In this document: piece by piece, positions 51,560-59,871 of the stretch | How the letters are laid out: every line of letters starts with the position of its first letter | Numbering within the stretch: position 1 is the stretch's first letter | Assembly: GCA_963779485.1 (NCBI GenBank) | Contig: CAVZYJ010000014.1 | Location: 61,960-125,959, forward strand | Direction: 5' to 3' | DNA: 64,000 nt | DNA from: an uncultured Actinomycetota bacterium | GTDB taxonomy: Bacteria; Actinomycetota; Actinomycetes; Mycobacteriales; Jatrophihabitantaceae | Program-made: the position numbers and the translations under genes | The notes under the pieces: generated by a model | Database searches by the model: none | The model's input: only the letters and a program-made list of their open reading frames with translations | Told to the model about the DNA's origin: nothing

Positions 51560-52732
51560 TCAGTCGAGCATGTGCTGCACGGCCGGCCGGGCGCGTTGGG
51601 CCGCCTGCTGGAGGATGCCTCTCGACCGCATCCGTCCGATGGCGTCTGCAGCGATCACGGTCACGGGCACGGCCAAAATGAGGCCGACGATGCCGCCCAG
51701 GAGGCCACCCAACGCGGTGACGATGAGTACGACGAGCGGGTGGATGTCGAGAGTCCGGCCCATGACCTTGGGCTCCACAAAGTTCTCCAGGACCAGATTG
51801 GCGGCGAGCACCACCACGAGCATGACGACAGCCTCAGGGACTCCACCATCGCCGAGGGCGATGATCACGGCGAGCCCGCCGCCGAGGAAAGCGCCGATGT
51901 AGGGGATATAGCCACCGATGAAGTTCACCACGACGATGGTGAACACGAGCGGCAGGCCGAGCAACAGGGCGACCAGGCCGATGGCCACCGCGACGATGGC
52001 GGACATGACGGTGCGGCCCCTCCCGTAGTCGCGCAGGACTCGACACGAATCACCGATGAATTCATCCAGATCATTACGGAACTCGGGATCGACCTGTCCG
52101 ACGACGGCGCGTCGCAGACGAGTGCCGTCCTTGAGCAGGTAGTACATGATGAGCGCGCCGAGTATCACGCCGCTGACCACCGCAATTACCGTGCCGAAGC
52201 CGGAAATCAGCCCGGACAGGACGCCGGTAGTGATCATCGGGGCGGCGTCCTCGATTGCCTTCCGCATCGCGTGCAACGAAGATTGATCCACACCGAGCGC
52301 GTCGGTCAGATCCGCCGCCTTGCTCACTGCCTTGTCGGCCACGCCGCTGATCTGATCGGCTTGCTGGGTCACGCCCCGGACGGTCGCGATGATGACGCCG
52401 GTCACCACGGCGAGCAGCCCGAGGACGATGATCCCGGCGGCGAGGGCGGGCCAGACCTTATGGCGTTCGAGAACTCGGACGAGAGGTTTGAAGATGATGG
52501 CGAGAACAGCCGCGAACATCATCGGGAGCACGATCTCGTTGACCGCGGCCAGCGCGACGACCACGATGATGCTCGCCACCACAAACCCCACGAAGCTCCA
52601 CGCCCACACCCCCAGCCGGGGAACCCTCGCGAGAAGTGCCGGGACATGACTCGAACCCTTGGTGCTGTCGGCTGCCCGGTCTTGGTGAGCGCTCGCGGCG
52701 GATTCGGCAGCTATGTCACTGGTACCGGGCAT
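51560..52732 (-). CDS. AI-2E family transporter (PerM/UPF0118)
   Basis: VFTIVVVNFIGGYIPYIGAFLGGGLAVIIAL...LVLENFVEPKVMGRTLDIHPLVVLIVTALGGLLGGIVGLILAVPV is the family signature. The start is placed at the internal ATG 52732. Confidence 0.85.
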   Translation of the reverse strand: MPGTSDIAAESAASAHQDRAADSTKGSSHVPALLARVPRLGVWAWSFVGFVVASIIVVVALAAVNEIVLPMMFAAVLAIIFKPLVRVLERHKVWPALAAGIIVLGLLAVVTGVIIATVRGVTQQADQISGVADKAVSKAADLTDALGVDQSSLHAMRKAIEDAAPMITTGVLSGLISGFGTVIAVVSGVILGALIMYYLLKDGTRLRRAVVGQVDPEFRNDLDEFIGDSCRVLRDYGRGRTVMSAIVAVAIGLVALLLGLPLVFTIVVVNFIGGYIPYIGAFLGGGLAVIIALGDGGVPEAVVMLVVVLAANLVLENFVEPKVMGRTLDIHPLVVLIVTALGGLLGGIVGLILAVPVTVIAADAIGRMRSRGILQQAAQRARPAVQHMLD

Positions 52733-52796
52733 GCGGCTCGACCTCCTGTGTTGTCCGATCTGCCGGGACCCGGATCCAGAGTTTTCATGACGGTGG

Positions 52797-53744
52797 TCAC
52801 GAGTCTCCGGCGCTGTCGAAAGCCTCGCGAAGAGTGAGCTCACGGGTGGGCGGCGGCAGCGCCGGCGGGGCACCGGCGGTCAGTGTCGGGGATTCGCCGC
52901 CGCGGATGATCGACCCGACCCGCCCGGTGTCCTCGGCGAAGACCGGTCCGGCACACGCCCCGATCAAAACGCAGACCGAGGCGCCAGAGAACCAGGTCAC
53001 CAACGCGAGGGCAACACCGACGAAACCGAACTGAGCCTCGTTCTCCGTCACAACGTTGGGCATCCAGATCGTGGCCGATGCTACGAACCCGGCCAGCGCG
53101 ATGCTGGTGATCACACCAGTAGGTAGCAGCACCCGCACGCGGATTTCACCGAGCAGGAAGAACCATGCGGTGAACCACCACAGCCCGGTCGTCACGGCGA
53201 GTGACAGGATGACGAAAAGCCCGAAGCCCAGCCCACCATCGAGGCCGCCGCGCAAACCACCGAGGAGCGCTGTACTGAGTAGCACCGTCAGCAGCCAAGT
53301 CATGCCACGCCAGTAGGCTCCGGTTCTGGCTTGCGGCGGTCTTCGCCACGCGCGAAGATACATGCGCTGCAGCGCCGTCGTGAACGAGGTTGCGAAGAAG
53401 ATCGCGAGCACCAGACCGAGCACGCCGGTCGCCTTCCGAACGTCGTCCGCGGACGCGAACGCGTCTCGGACACTCGTGAGCGCGTCTCCCCGAAGGCCGA
53501 GCCGGGCAGTGACGGTGGTGATGATCGACGAACGGATACGCTCGGGTGCGAAGGCGGCGACGACGATCACCAGTGGGAAGAACGAGACGAAAGCCTTCCC
53601 CGCGAGCGCGACGCTGCGATCGACAAACTCGATCTCCAGCATGCGCTCCCACACACGCCACAGGAGCAGTCGTTCCAACCACGCCCGCACCGCGGCCAGC
53701 CACTCGCGCACATCGCCGATGCGTCTGCCCACAGAGCTGCTCAT
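52797..53744 (-). CDS. YihY/virulence factor BrkB family membrane protein
   Basis: FVDRSVALAGKAFVSFFPLVIVVAAF...ATSFTTALQRMYLRAW..., with about 6 TM segments. Start MSSSVGRR at 53744. Confidence 0.8.
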   Translation of the reverse strand: MSSSVGRRIGDVREWLAAVRAWLERLLLWRVWERMLEIEFVDRSVALAGKAFVSFFPLVIVVAAFAPERIRSSIITTVTARLGLRGDALTSVRDAFASADDVRKATGVLGLVLAIFFATSFTTALQRMYLRAWRRPPQARTGAYWRGMTWLLTVLLSTALLGGLRGGLDGGLGFGLFVILSLAVTTGLWWFTAWFFLLGEIRVRVLLPTGVITSIALAGFVASATIWMPNVVTENEAQFGFVGVALALVTWFSGASVCVLIGACAGPVFAEDTGRVGSIIRGGESPTLTAGAPPALPPPTRELTLREAFDSAGDS

Positions 53745-53948
53745 TTCGTCAGGAACTCGGCTGGATCTCACTCGGCCGACAGGTCCTGTCGAATGTCATA
53801 TCGGCCATGCTGTCCAAGGCGGCTCATCCTTCCGCGCCAGCGTGGCCCGACAAGATCACCGGACGGGCGCTCCTCAGCGGGCGCGTCCAGCGACCGATCG
53901 GGCCTCCGAACCCCGCCCAACGTATTGAACGACAGGGCGGACTCCGGC

Positions 53949-54054
53949 GGCATCATGCAGATTAGGTGAATCGCCGATCAGGTCGGCGCCCGCGCCCCCG
54001 GCACACCGCAGGACACCCGGATGAGAAGCGATTTCATGCGATCTGTGTGACGAC
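53949..54054. promoter_or_regulatory. Divergent pair III of the recurrent element (f 53949-53970 minus; g 54033-54054 plus; 62-bp spacer)
   Basis: f is TTCACCTAATCTGCATGATGCC (minus) and points to the YihY gene. g is TTCATGCGATCTGTGTGACGAC (plus), 20 nt before the K+ channel ATG. Confidence 0.6.
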
Positions 54055-54073
54055 TGCTGGGGGTCCGCGCCAG

Positions 54074-54640
54074 ATGATCGGTGGCGTGGGCCTCAAGGCA
54101 CTTCGGTCTTGGCGGTGGTGGCCGGCCACCGTGGCTACCGTCAGGGCGGTGCTGACCGCGTCGGTGCTCGTCGCGCTGTACTACGTCCTGCCGCTGGATG
54201 TGCGCGATTCCCACCTGTCAACGTACGGCAAGCTGGTACTCGGGTTCATGGTCCTCATTGGTCTGATGACGTGGCACATCCGGTCGATCACCCAGTCGGA
54301 GAGCCCGGCTCTACGCGCGGTGGAAGGGCTGGCCCTGGCCGTGCCGCTGTTCATCCTGTTATTCGCATCGACGTACTACCTCATGAGTCAGGCCGACGAG
54401 GCGAGCTTCACGGCGCCGCTATCCCGCACCGACGGTCTCTACTTTGCGATCACAATCTTCTCCACCGTCGGGTTCGGGGACATCAGCGCTCGCGCCGGGT
54501 CGGCTCGGCTCGTGGTCAGCGCGCAAATGATTCTCGACCTCCTCTTCCTCGGCCTCGGGGTGCGAATCCTTGTCACCGCCGTGCAACGCGGCCGGGACCG
54601 GCTAGCAAACAAAACCAGGGCCGATCCCGGAACCTCATGA
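54074..54640 (+). CDS. Two-TM potassium channel family protein
   Basis: Selectivity filter TVGFGD in ...GLYFAITIFSTVGFGDISA. Start at ATG 54074; the track ORF extends to 53966 through element g. Confidence 0.85.
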   Translation: MIGGVGLKALRSWRWWPATVATVRAVLTASVLVALYYVLPLDVRDSHLSTYGKLVLGFMVLIGLMTWHIRSITQSESPALRAVEGLALAVPLFILLFASTYYLMSQADEASFTAPLSRTDGLYFAITIFSTVGFGDISARAGSARLVVSAQMILDLLFLGLGVRILVTAVQRGRDRLANKTRADPGTS

Positions 54641-54685
54641 CCACCGCTCGCACAGGGCATCAACGGCCACAGCGGCTGAATGTGT

Positions 54686-54707
54686 TTCACACAGTTTGTG
54701 TGATGGC
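54686..54707 (+). promoter_or_regulatory. Copy h of the recurrent element (TTCACACAGTTTGTGTGATGGC)
   Basis: 204 nt upstream of the DUF1269 gene start, in the same orientation as the gene. Confidence 0.5.
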
Positions 54708-54910
54708 GCAGGGCAGATGTCGTGATTCGCTTTACGCGTCCGAGCGAGATGAAGGGGTTCACGAATGACTGATGTTCGAGTTCCGCGGACGAGTGGGTCC
54801 AGGAGAGCGCCGAGTAGCTAGGCGGTCGGCTGGAGGTATTTCGCCTCGGTGATGATGCTGCTGATCGGGATCTTCTCACATCACACCCCTCTGAGTTAAG
54901 GAGAAAAGAA

Positions 54911-55420
54911 ATGGCACAGTCCGACCCAGTATTCCTGTTCATCGGCACCTACCCGAGCGAGGCGGCGGCGCGATCCGACTACGACATCGTCAAGGACCTC
55001 CACAGCGCGGGAGCCGTCGGCACCTACGACGCCGCGGTCGTCACCAAAGACGAAGCCGGCAAGGTGCACGTCAACAAGGACGAGACGGCGACTCGGCATG
55101 GGGCCTGGGGCGGTGCCGCGGTCGGCGCCGTGGTCGGCATCCTGTTCCCGCCGGCGGTCATCGGCACGGCCGTGGTCGGCGCTGCGGTCGGCGGCGTAGG
55201 CGGCCACCTGTGGCGCGGAATGTCGCGCGCCGACGTGAAAGAGTTCGGCGAGCTCATCGACTCCGGGCAGGCCGCGCTTGTCATCGTCGGCCAGAGCACA
55301 CTGCAAGACGCCATCGACAAGGCCCAGCTGAAAGCCGACAAACGTGTCGCCAAGCAGCTCGACGTCAGCGCCAAGGACGTCGACACCGCCGTTCAACAAG
55401 CCGCCAAAGAAGTCGACTGA
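54911..55420 (+). CDS. DUF1269 domain membrane protein (general-stress-type)
   Basis: AAGGAGAA RBS. Sequence MAQSDPVFLFIGTYPSEAAARSDYDIVKDLH...AVVTKDEAGKVHV...GAWGGAAVGAVVGILFPPAVIGTAVVGAAVGGVGGHL (Gly-zipper TM segments), then ...VIVGQSTL. Confidence 0.8.
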   Translation: MAQSDPVFLFIGTYPSEAAARSDYDIVKDLHSAGAVGTYDAAVVTKDEAGKVHVNKDETATRHGAWGGAAVGAVVGILFPPAVIGTAVVGAAVGGVGGHLWRGMSRADVKEFGELIDSGQAALVIVGQSTLQDAIDKAQLKADKRVAKQLDVSAKDVDTAVQQAAKEVD

Positions 55421-55660
55421 CGAAGACTCCCCACCTTCCGCCATCGAGTGTCGCGCTCCACGGCGGATCGTGGGCGACCGCGTAGCCCGCATGAGTCATC
55501 GCTTGCTCCGGGTCGACGGCGGGATCCGCTGAAGATTCTCAGGCAGTCCGGCATCGACAATTCGTCTGGTATCAACAATTTGCGGTGCCGGTCCTCAGCC
55601 ACGTACCGGTCCTCACCGGAGATCGGGCTCCTCAGCGCACTGCCGTCTTGGCGGCGCCGA

Positions 55661-55682
55661 TTCACACAACTTGAGTGATGCC
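55661..55682 (+). promoter_or_regulatory. Copy i of the recurrent element (TTCACACAACTTGAGTGATGCC)
   Basis: 158 nt upstream of the antiporter ATG 55840, in the same orientation as the gene. Confidence 0.5.
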
Positions 55683-55839
55683 AAGGTATTGCATTCCCAG
55701 TTGAATTAACTGAGCAAATGCAAGAGGACCGAGTTGCGAACGACGGAGCAGCACGACCGAGCGGCATCGAAAGCCATGGCCCCGCAATATGAGCGCGACG
55801 ATCGGCAAGGGAATTGGCTGGCGTGGCAAGGGGGATCTG

Positions 55840-57144
55840 ATGGGTGGTCTGACAACTCTCGCGATCGTCATCGTGGCCTACACACTCGTGGCGTCAAAGC
55901 TCGACCGTTGGTGGATCACCGGCCCGATGGTGTTCGTCGCCGCCGGCACGATTCTTGGTCCGGGCGGGCTGGATGTTCTCCCCCTGTCGCTGACCAATGA
56001 GACGGTCGTGACCATCACCGAGCTGACGCTCGCTCTTCTCCTCTTCTCCGATGCGTCGACGGTACGGCTGGGGGACGTCGAGGGCGACGCTGGTCTGCCC
56101 CGCCGGCTGCTGTTCGTCGGACTGCCGCTCACGGTAGTTGCCGGCGCCCTGCTGGCTTACTTCATGTTTCCCAATGTCGGGTGGGCGGCGGCGGCACTGG
56201 TCGCGACGATCCTGGCGCCCACCGACGCGGCGCTAGGCTTGGCGGTCGTCACGAACAAGGCTGTTCCGGTGCGGATTCGACGAGCGCTCAACGTCGAGAG
56301 CGGTCTCAATGACGGGATCGCTACGCCACTGGTCACCCTTTTCATCGCTGCGGCCGCAGCCGAGGAATCTATCAGCGACAAATCATGGGGGCTCGAAGCG
56401 CTAAAGGAAATCGGGCTGGCGATCGTTACCGCGGTCGTCGTCGGATACCTCGGCGGAAAGGCGCTGGCCTTCGCCATGGACCGCGGATGGACCTCCGAGG
56501 TGTCGGAGCAGATCGCGATCCTTGCGCTCGCGTTGCTCGCCTACCAGGGTGCCGTCACGATCGGCGGGAACGGATTCATCGCCGGGTTCGCCGGCGGTAT
56601 CTTGTTCGGGGCCGCGACCAAACGCCGCCTGGCAAAACCGGTCCAGTTCACCGAGACGCTCGGATTGGCGGCCTCATTTGTGGTCTGGTCCATCTTCGGT
56701 GCGCTGTTCGTCGGAGACCTGCTCACCACCCACGACCGGTCAGCCAAACCCATCGTCTACGCGATACTGAGCCTCACGGTGATCCGGATGGTGCCGGTCG
56801 CCATCGTGCTGATCGGAACGCACCTGCGACCGACCACCGTGGCCTTCATGGGCTGGTTCGGCCCGCGCGGGCTAGCCTCGGTCGTCTTCACGCTGCTGGC
56901 CCTGGAGGAGATCGAGCGTGGCGGCGCCGGTGGTCTGCTCCTGCAGACCGTCACATGGACGATCCTGCTTTCGGTGGTGCTGCACGGCATCTCGGCGCCT
57001 CCGCTCGCCGCCCGGTACGGGGCGTCTATCGCGAAGGCCGGCGACATCCCGGAGAAGGCGCCGGCGCGTGAGCCTAACATCCGCCTCCACGACCTCGCCG
57101 GACGTCATCACCATGAACCCGAGCGGGTACGACAAGCGGTTTGA
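55840..57144 (+). CDS. Cation:proton antiporter (CPA1, Na+/H+ exchanger family)
   Basis: ELTLALLLFSDAS...ATILAPTDAALGLAVV...LNVESGLNDGIATPLV are typical Na_H_Exchanger motifs. Start at MGGLTTLAIV (55840) within track ORF 55789..57144. Confidence 0.85.
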   Translation: MGGLTTLAIVIVAYTLVASKLDRWWITGPMVFVAAGTILGPGGLDVLPLSLTNETVVTITELTLALLLFSDASTVRLGDVEGDAGLPRRLLFVGLPLTVVAGALLAYFMFPNVGWAAAALVATILAPTDAALGLAVVTNKAVPVRIRRALNVESGLNDGIATPLVTLFIAAAAAEESISDKSWGLEALKEIGLAIVTAVVVGYLGGKALAFAMDRGWTSEVSEQIAILALALLAYQGAVTIGGNGFIAGFAGGILFGAATKRRLAKPVQFTETLGLAASFVVWSIFGALFVGDLLTTHDRSAKPIVYAILSLTVIRMVPVAIVLIGTHLRPTTVAFMGWFGPRGLASVVFTLLALEEIERGGAGGLLLQTVTWTILLSVVLHGISAPPLAARYGASIAKAGDIPEKAPAREPNIRLHDLAGRHHHEPERVRQAV

Positions 57145-57181
57145 GTTGCCGTCGGCATTGCTTGTTCTGGACCGGCGGCAG

Positions 57182-57340
57182 ACATGATGGACCGCAAGTA
57201 TGGCCCGCACCCGAGTCGAACGACGCCGTACCGTCCGCGGGCACCAGGCCGAACGACGCGGCATCCACGATCGGCTACCGGTGGGCAACTCCGTCACCGC
57301 TCGGAGGCGTCGGTCCTGCTCGGTCGCGTGAGGTCTCAAT
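57182..57340 (-). pseudogene. Short remnant of a second MalT-like LuxR gene
   Basis: ACATGATGGACCGCAA...GAGTCGAACGACGCCGT(A/G)CCGTCC... matches 45464-45600 inside the MalT-like gene. Translated: DAASFGLVPADGTASFDS versus DVASFDLTPVDGTASFDSARAML. No surrounding ORF. Confidence 0.6.
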
Positions 57341-57391
57341 GGCGCCACTGATCCCAGCGCTCAATTCATGAGCTCTCCCGGCAGGCAGGCA

Positions 57392-58063
57392 CTAGTTGGT
57401 TAGGCCGGCGATTCCGTTTCGCAGCAGCGATGCGACCAACAGGAAAACGACGACTGCCGCGACTCTGCGCCGGTTGCGCAGGAGCCAGTCCCGCGACGCC
57501 TGCAGAGCACGCTCAGCCCGTTCGGGTGCCACAAACAGCATCACGATCGCGACCGCCAACGGCAACAACGACACCAACGAGAAGAAGACCCACGCGACGA
57601 TGTACTGCGTCGTGCTCGGATGGGTCTCGGAGATGTCCTTGAGCGCCAGCGGGATAAACGCACCCGGATTGGCGAGCGCCGCGCCGGCGCCAATAATCGC
57701 AATGACCGGCGAACTGGCGACCTTACTCATTTGCGCGATCATGCCCTCGACGCGTTTCTGATCTGGCGGCCGCCGCAGAACACGCACCGTCCAGACGGCG
57801 AGAACGATCGCCGCGACGATGTCCACGATCGCGACCCACGTTTTGGGCTGCGACGGAGTGTCGGATGCCGCAATATCGCCGATAACGAATGCGGCGATGA
57901 CCCCAACCGCCAACGTCGCGGTCAGCGCACCCAGGTAGAACCACAGGCCGGTACGCCGGGGCCGATCCCCCAACACGAGCGCGAGCACCGAAAACCCCAA
58001 CGTCGTCGGTGACAACATCGCGGCAAGCGCCACCAGCACGAGCTCGGCATCGATCCAACCCAC
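57392..58063 (-). CDS. GAP family (DUF2910-like) membrane protein
   Basis: 223 aa, about 6 TM segments. LVLVALAAMLSPTTLGFSVLALVL... The family assignment is from memory and moderate. Confidence 0.55.
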   Translation of the reverse strand: MGWIDAELVLVALAAMLSPTTLGFSVLALVLGDRPRRTGLWFYLGALTATLAVGVIAAFVIGDIAASDTPSQPKTWVAIVDIVAAIVLAVWTVRVLRRPPDQKRVEGMIAQMSKVASSPVIAIIGAGAALANPGAFIPLALKDISETHPSTTQYIVAWVFFSLVSLLPLAVAIVMLFVAPERAERALQASRDWLLRNRRRVAAVVVFLLVASLLRNGIAGLTN

Positions 58064-58150
58064 GTGCGAAACCTAGCGTCGGCACGCCACAACGTCGAGG
58101 ACCGAACCAAACCCGTAACCGTCACGCCGACAGGGCCCTGTCAGGGGAGC

Positions 58151-59320
58151 CTAGGTCGCCAGAGGTCGGTGCGGATACTTCGATGCGCGGTCCTGGAAGG
58201 ACAAAATGGCGGGATTCTGGATGACCCCGTCACGGATCTCGATGGCCCGACGAATGGTGGGGTCCGCGTCCCATGCGTCATGTCCTGTCAGGATCGTGCG
58301 GAGGAAGGGAAGCAGCGCCTCGCTGATCTCCCAGGTCGCGGAGTTCCACAGGTACGAGGGGCTGTGGTCGACGGCGTAGTAGAGCACCTTCTCGCCGACC
58401 ACGAAGGTGGGATCGGTGAACGTCGTCGGGCGCGCCCAGCTGAATCCCATGGCCTCGTCGCAGGAGACGTCGACGATCAGGGTGCCTGGTGTCATGTCCG
58501 CAAGGTCGTCGTCGGTGAGGAATATGAGCGGGGCATCGGTGTCCTGGAGCACGCAGTTGACGATGATGTCGTGCTCCGCGAGGAACCCGGCAAGCGGCAC
58601 CCTGCGGTTCTGCGTGATCGCGTGGCTCACTCGCGCTGTGGTGTGGTCGTTGTCGAAGTGGACGATCCGTGCGGAGTGAATCGGTGCGGCCACCGCCGCG
58701 ACTTCACGGTGGGTGAGTATGTCGACGTCATGCACGTCCAGCGCGTTGAGCGCCGTCACCGCCCCGCGGGCGGTCGCGCCAAAGCCGATGACTACAGCGC
58801 GCAGCCGACGCCCGTAGGCACCGGTTGATCCTGCGATCTTCATGGCGTGGAGCACCGAGCAGTAGCCGGCGAGCTCGTTGTTCTTATGGAACACGTGCAG
58901 GTTGAAGGAGCCGTCGCTGTTCCAGTGGTTCATCGCCTCGAATGCGATCACAGTGAGCTTCTGGTCGACGGCGAGCTGCGTGAGTTCCCTGTCTTGCACG
59001 CAGTGCGGCCACCCCCACAGGACCTGCCCAACGCGCAGCCCGGCGATGTCGCCGAGCAGCGGCTTGGGTTGCAGGATGACGTCGCACACCTCGACGAGCT
59101 GCTCGCGGGTCCCGAAGCCGGCGACCCAGCCCTTCAGCTGGTCGTCGACCACGCCGAAACGGTCCCCGTAGCCACGTTCGAGGTAGACGCTGTCCCGGAG
59201 ATCATCAGGAATCCGACCGAGGTGGTTGGGATGCAGCGGAAGCCGGCGCTCATGCTCCTTAAGCGACCGGGCCATGACGCCGAGGCTCAGCTCGTTCACG
59301 CGGTTCCTTCGACTCGGCAT
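58151..59320 (-). CDS. Alanine dehydrogenase/PNT-family NAD(P) enzyme, N5-(carboxyethyl)ornithine synthase-like
   Basis: Start MPSRRNRV at 59320. Contains VVIGFGATARGAVTAL (Rossmann motif) and ...VNCVLQDTDAPLIFL..., which resemble the CEOS/saccharopine-dehydrogenase-like group. Confidence 0.55.
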   Translation of the reverse strand: MPSRRNRVNELSLGVMARSLKEHERRLPLHPNHLGRIPDDLRDSVYLERGYGDRFGVVDDQLKGWVAGFGTREQLVEVCDVILQPKPLLGDIAGLRVGQVLWGWPHCVQDRELTQLAVDQKLTVIAFEAMNHWNSDGSFNLHVFHKNNELAGYCSVLHAMKIAGSTGAYGRRLRAVVIGFGATARGAVTALNALDVHDVDILTHREVAAVAAPIHSARIVHFDNDHTTARVSHAITQNRRVPLAGFLAEHDIIVNCVLQDTDAPLIFLTDDDLADMTPGTLIVDVSCDEAMGFSWARPTTFTDPTFVVGEKVLYYAVDHSPSYLWNSATWEISEALLPFLRTILTGHDAWDADPTIRRAIEIRDGVIQNPAILSFQDRASKYPHRPLAT

Positions 59321-59871
59321 CGCGTGCTCCGTCCGGTCGCTGAACGCCACCGGGGTCCAAGGGAAGGGGCCTCCGCCTGAGCGTACGCCTCGGCTGAACC
59401 GGGCGATGAGCGGAACCAGCGCCTTCGCCTCAGGCCGAACGCAGGCACATAGCCGCGGGTAGCGTAGTCATCACCGCCGAGCGGATGTGGCGCGTGGACT
59501 AGGATCAGTATCACTGAGGGTATTTCGCACCCTGGCATCCAATGCCAGCCTCGCCCCTAGCGATCGACGACCGGCCGTAGCTGGCCTGGATCGGCGCCCA
59601 CCATGAGCACTCTCGATGATCTTCGTCACAGCGCGGCGTGGCCGCTTCGGCGACTGGGACTAGAAACCAGGCCGCGCGCTGGCCAACGCTCAGCCTTCGC
59701 CCGCGGAGGTGCAGGCCAGCCGGGTCGAGCAACTGGCCTACATCCAAGCCGCTCATCCAGCGCTCGCCGGCGAGGCGCCCTGAGCCGGTAACCACCTCGG
59801 TCGGCCGCAAAGAACGCCCGCCTTGGGCTCGCCAAAACGCATCCGCTGTGATCGCTCGCGTGTCGCTGTGT

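Noticed and set aside
43919-55682. Reading the recurrent element as a conserved peptide (F/I)H-x-x-C-V-(M/T)-(P/T/A), i.e. remnants of a repeated gene 5' end
   Set aside because: The peptide-like pattern is striking (HLICVMP, HAICVTT, HTFCVTT, HTVCVMA) and some differences look synonymous. However:
- Copy i has an in-frame stop.
- Copy f has a stop immediately upstream.
- The downstream similarity between c and f shifts frame.
- No consistent ORF follows.

It is kept as an alternative in the findings but not annotated as CDS.
43919-55682. Known regulator sites or riboswitches as an explanation for the recurrent element and leaders (CRP/Cmr TGTGA-N6-TCACA, DosR box, PhoP direct repeats, SigF/SigB GTTT-N-GGGTA, cyclic-di-AMP ydaO riboswitch upstream of K+ genes)
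   Set aside because: - The half-site spacing and orientation do not fit CRP: the sites are TCAC-N9-GTGA, not GTGA-N6-TCAC.
- There is no GGGACT/AGTCCC DosR core.
- The GTTC-N-GGG(A/T)TC strings after copies c and f have too short a spacer and are absent from the other copies.
- None of the conserved ydaO blocks (GGGGACCCA, CCGAACCCGACAGCTAACC) is present.
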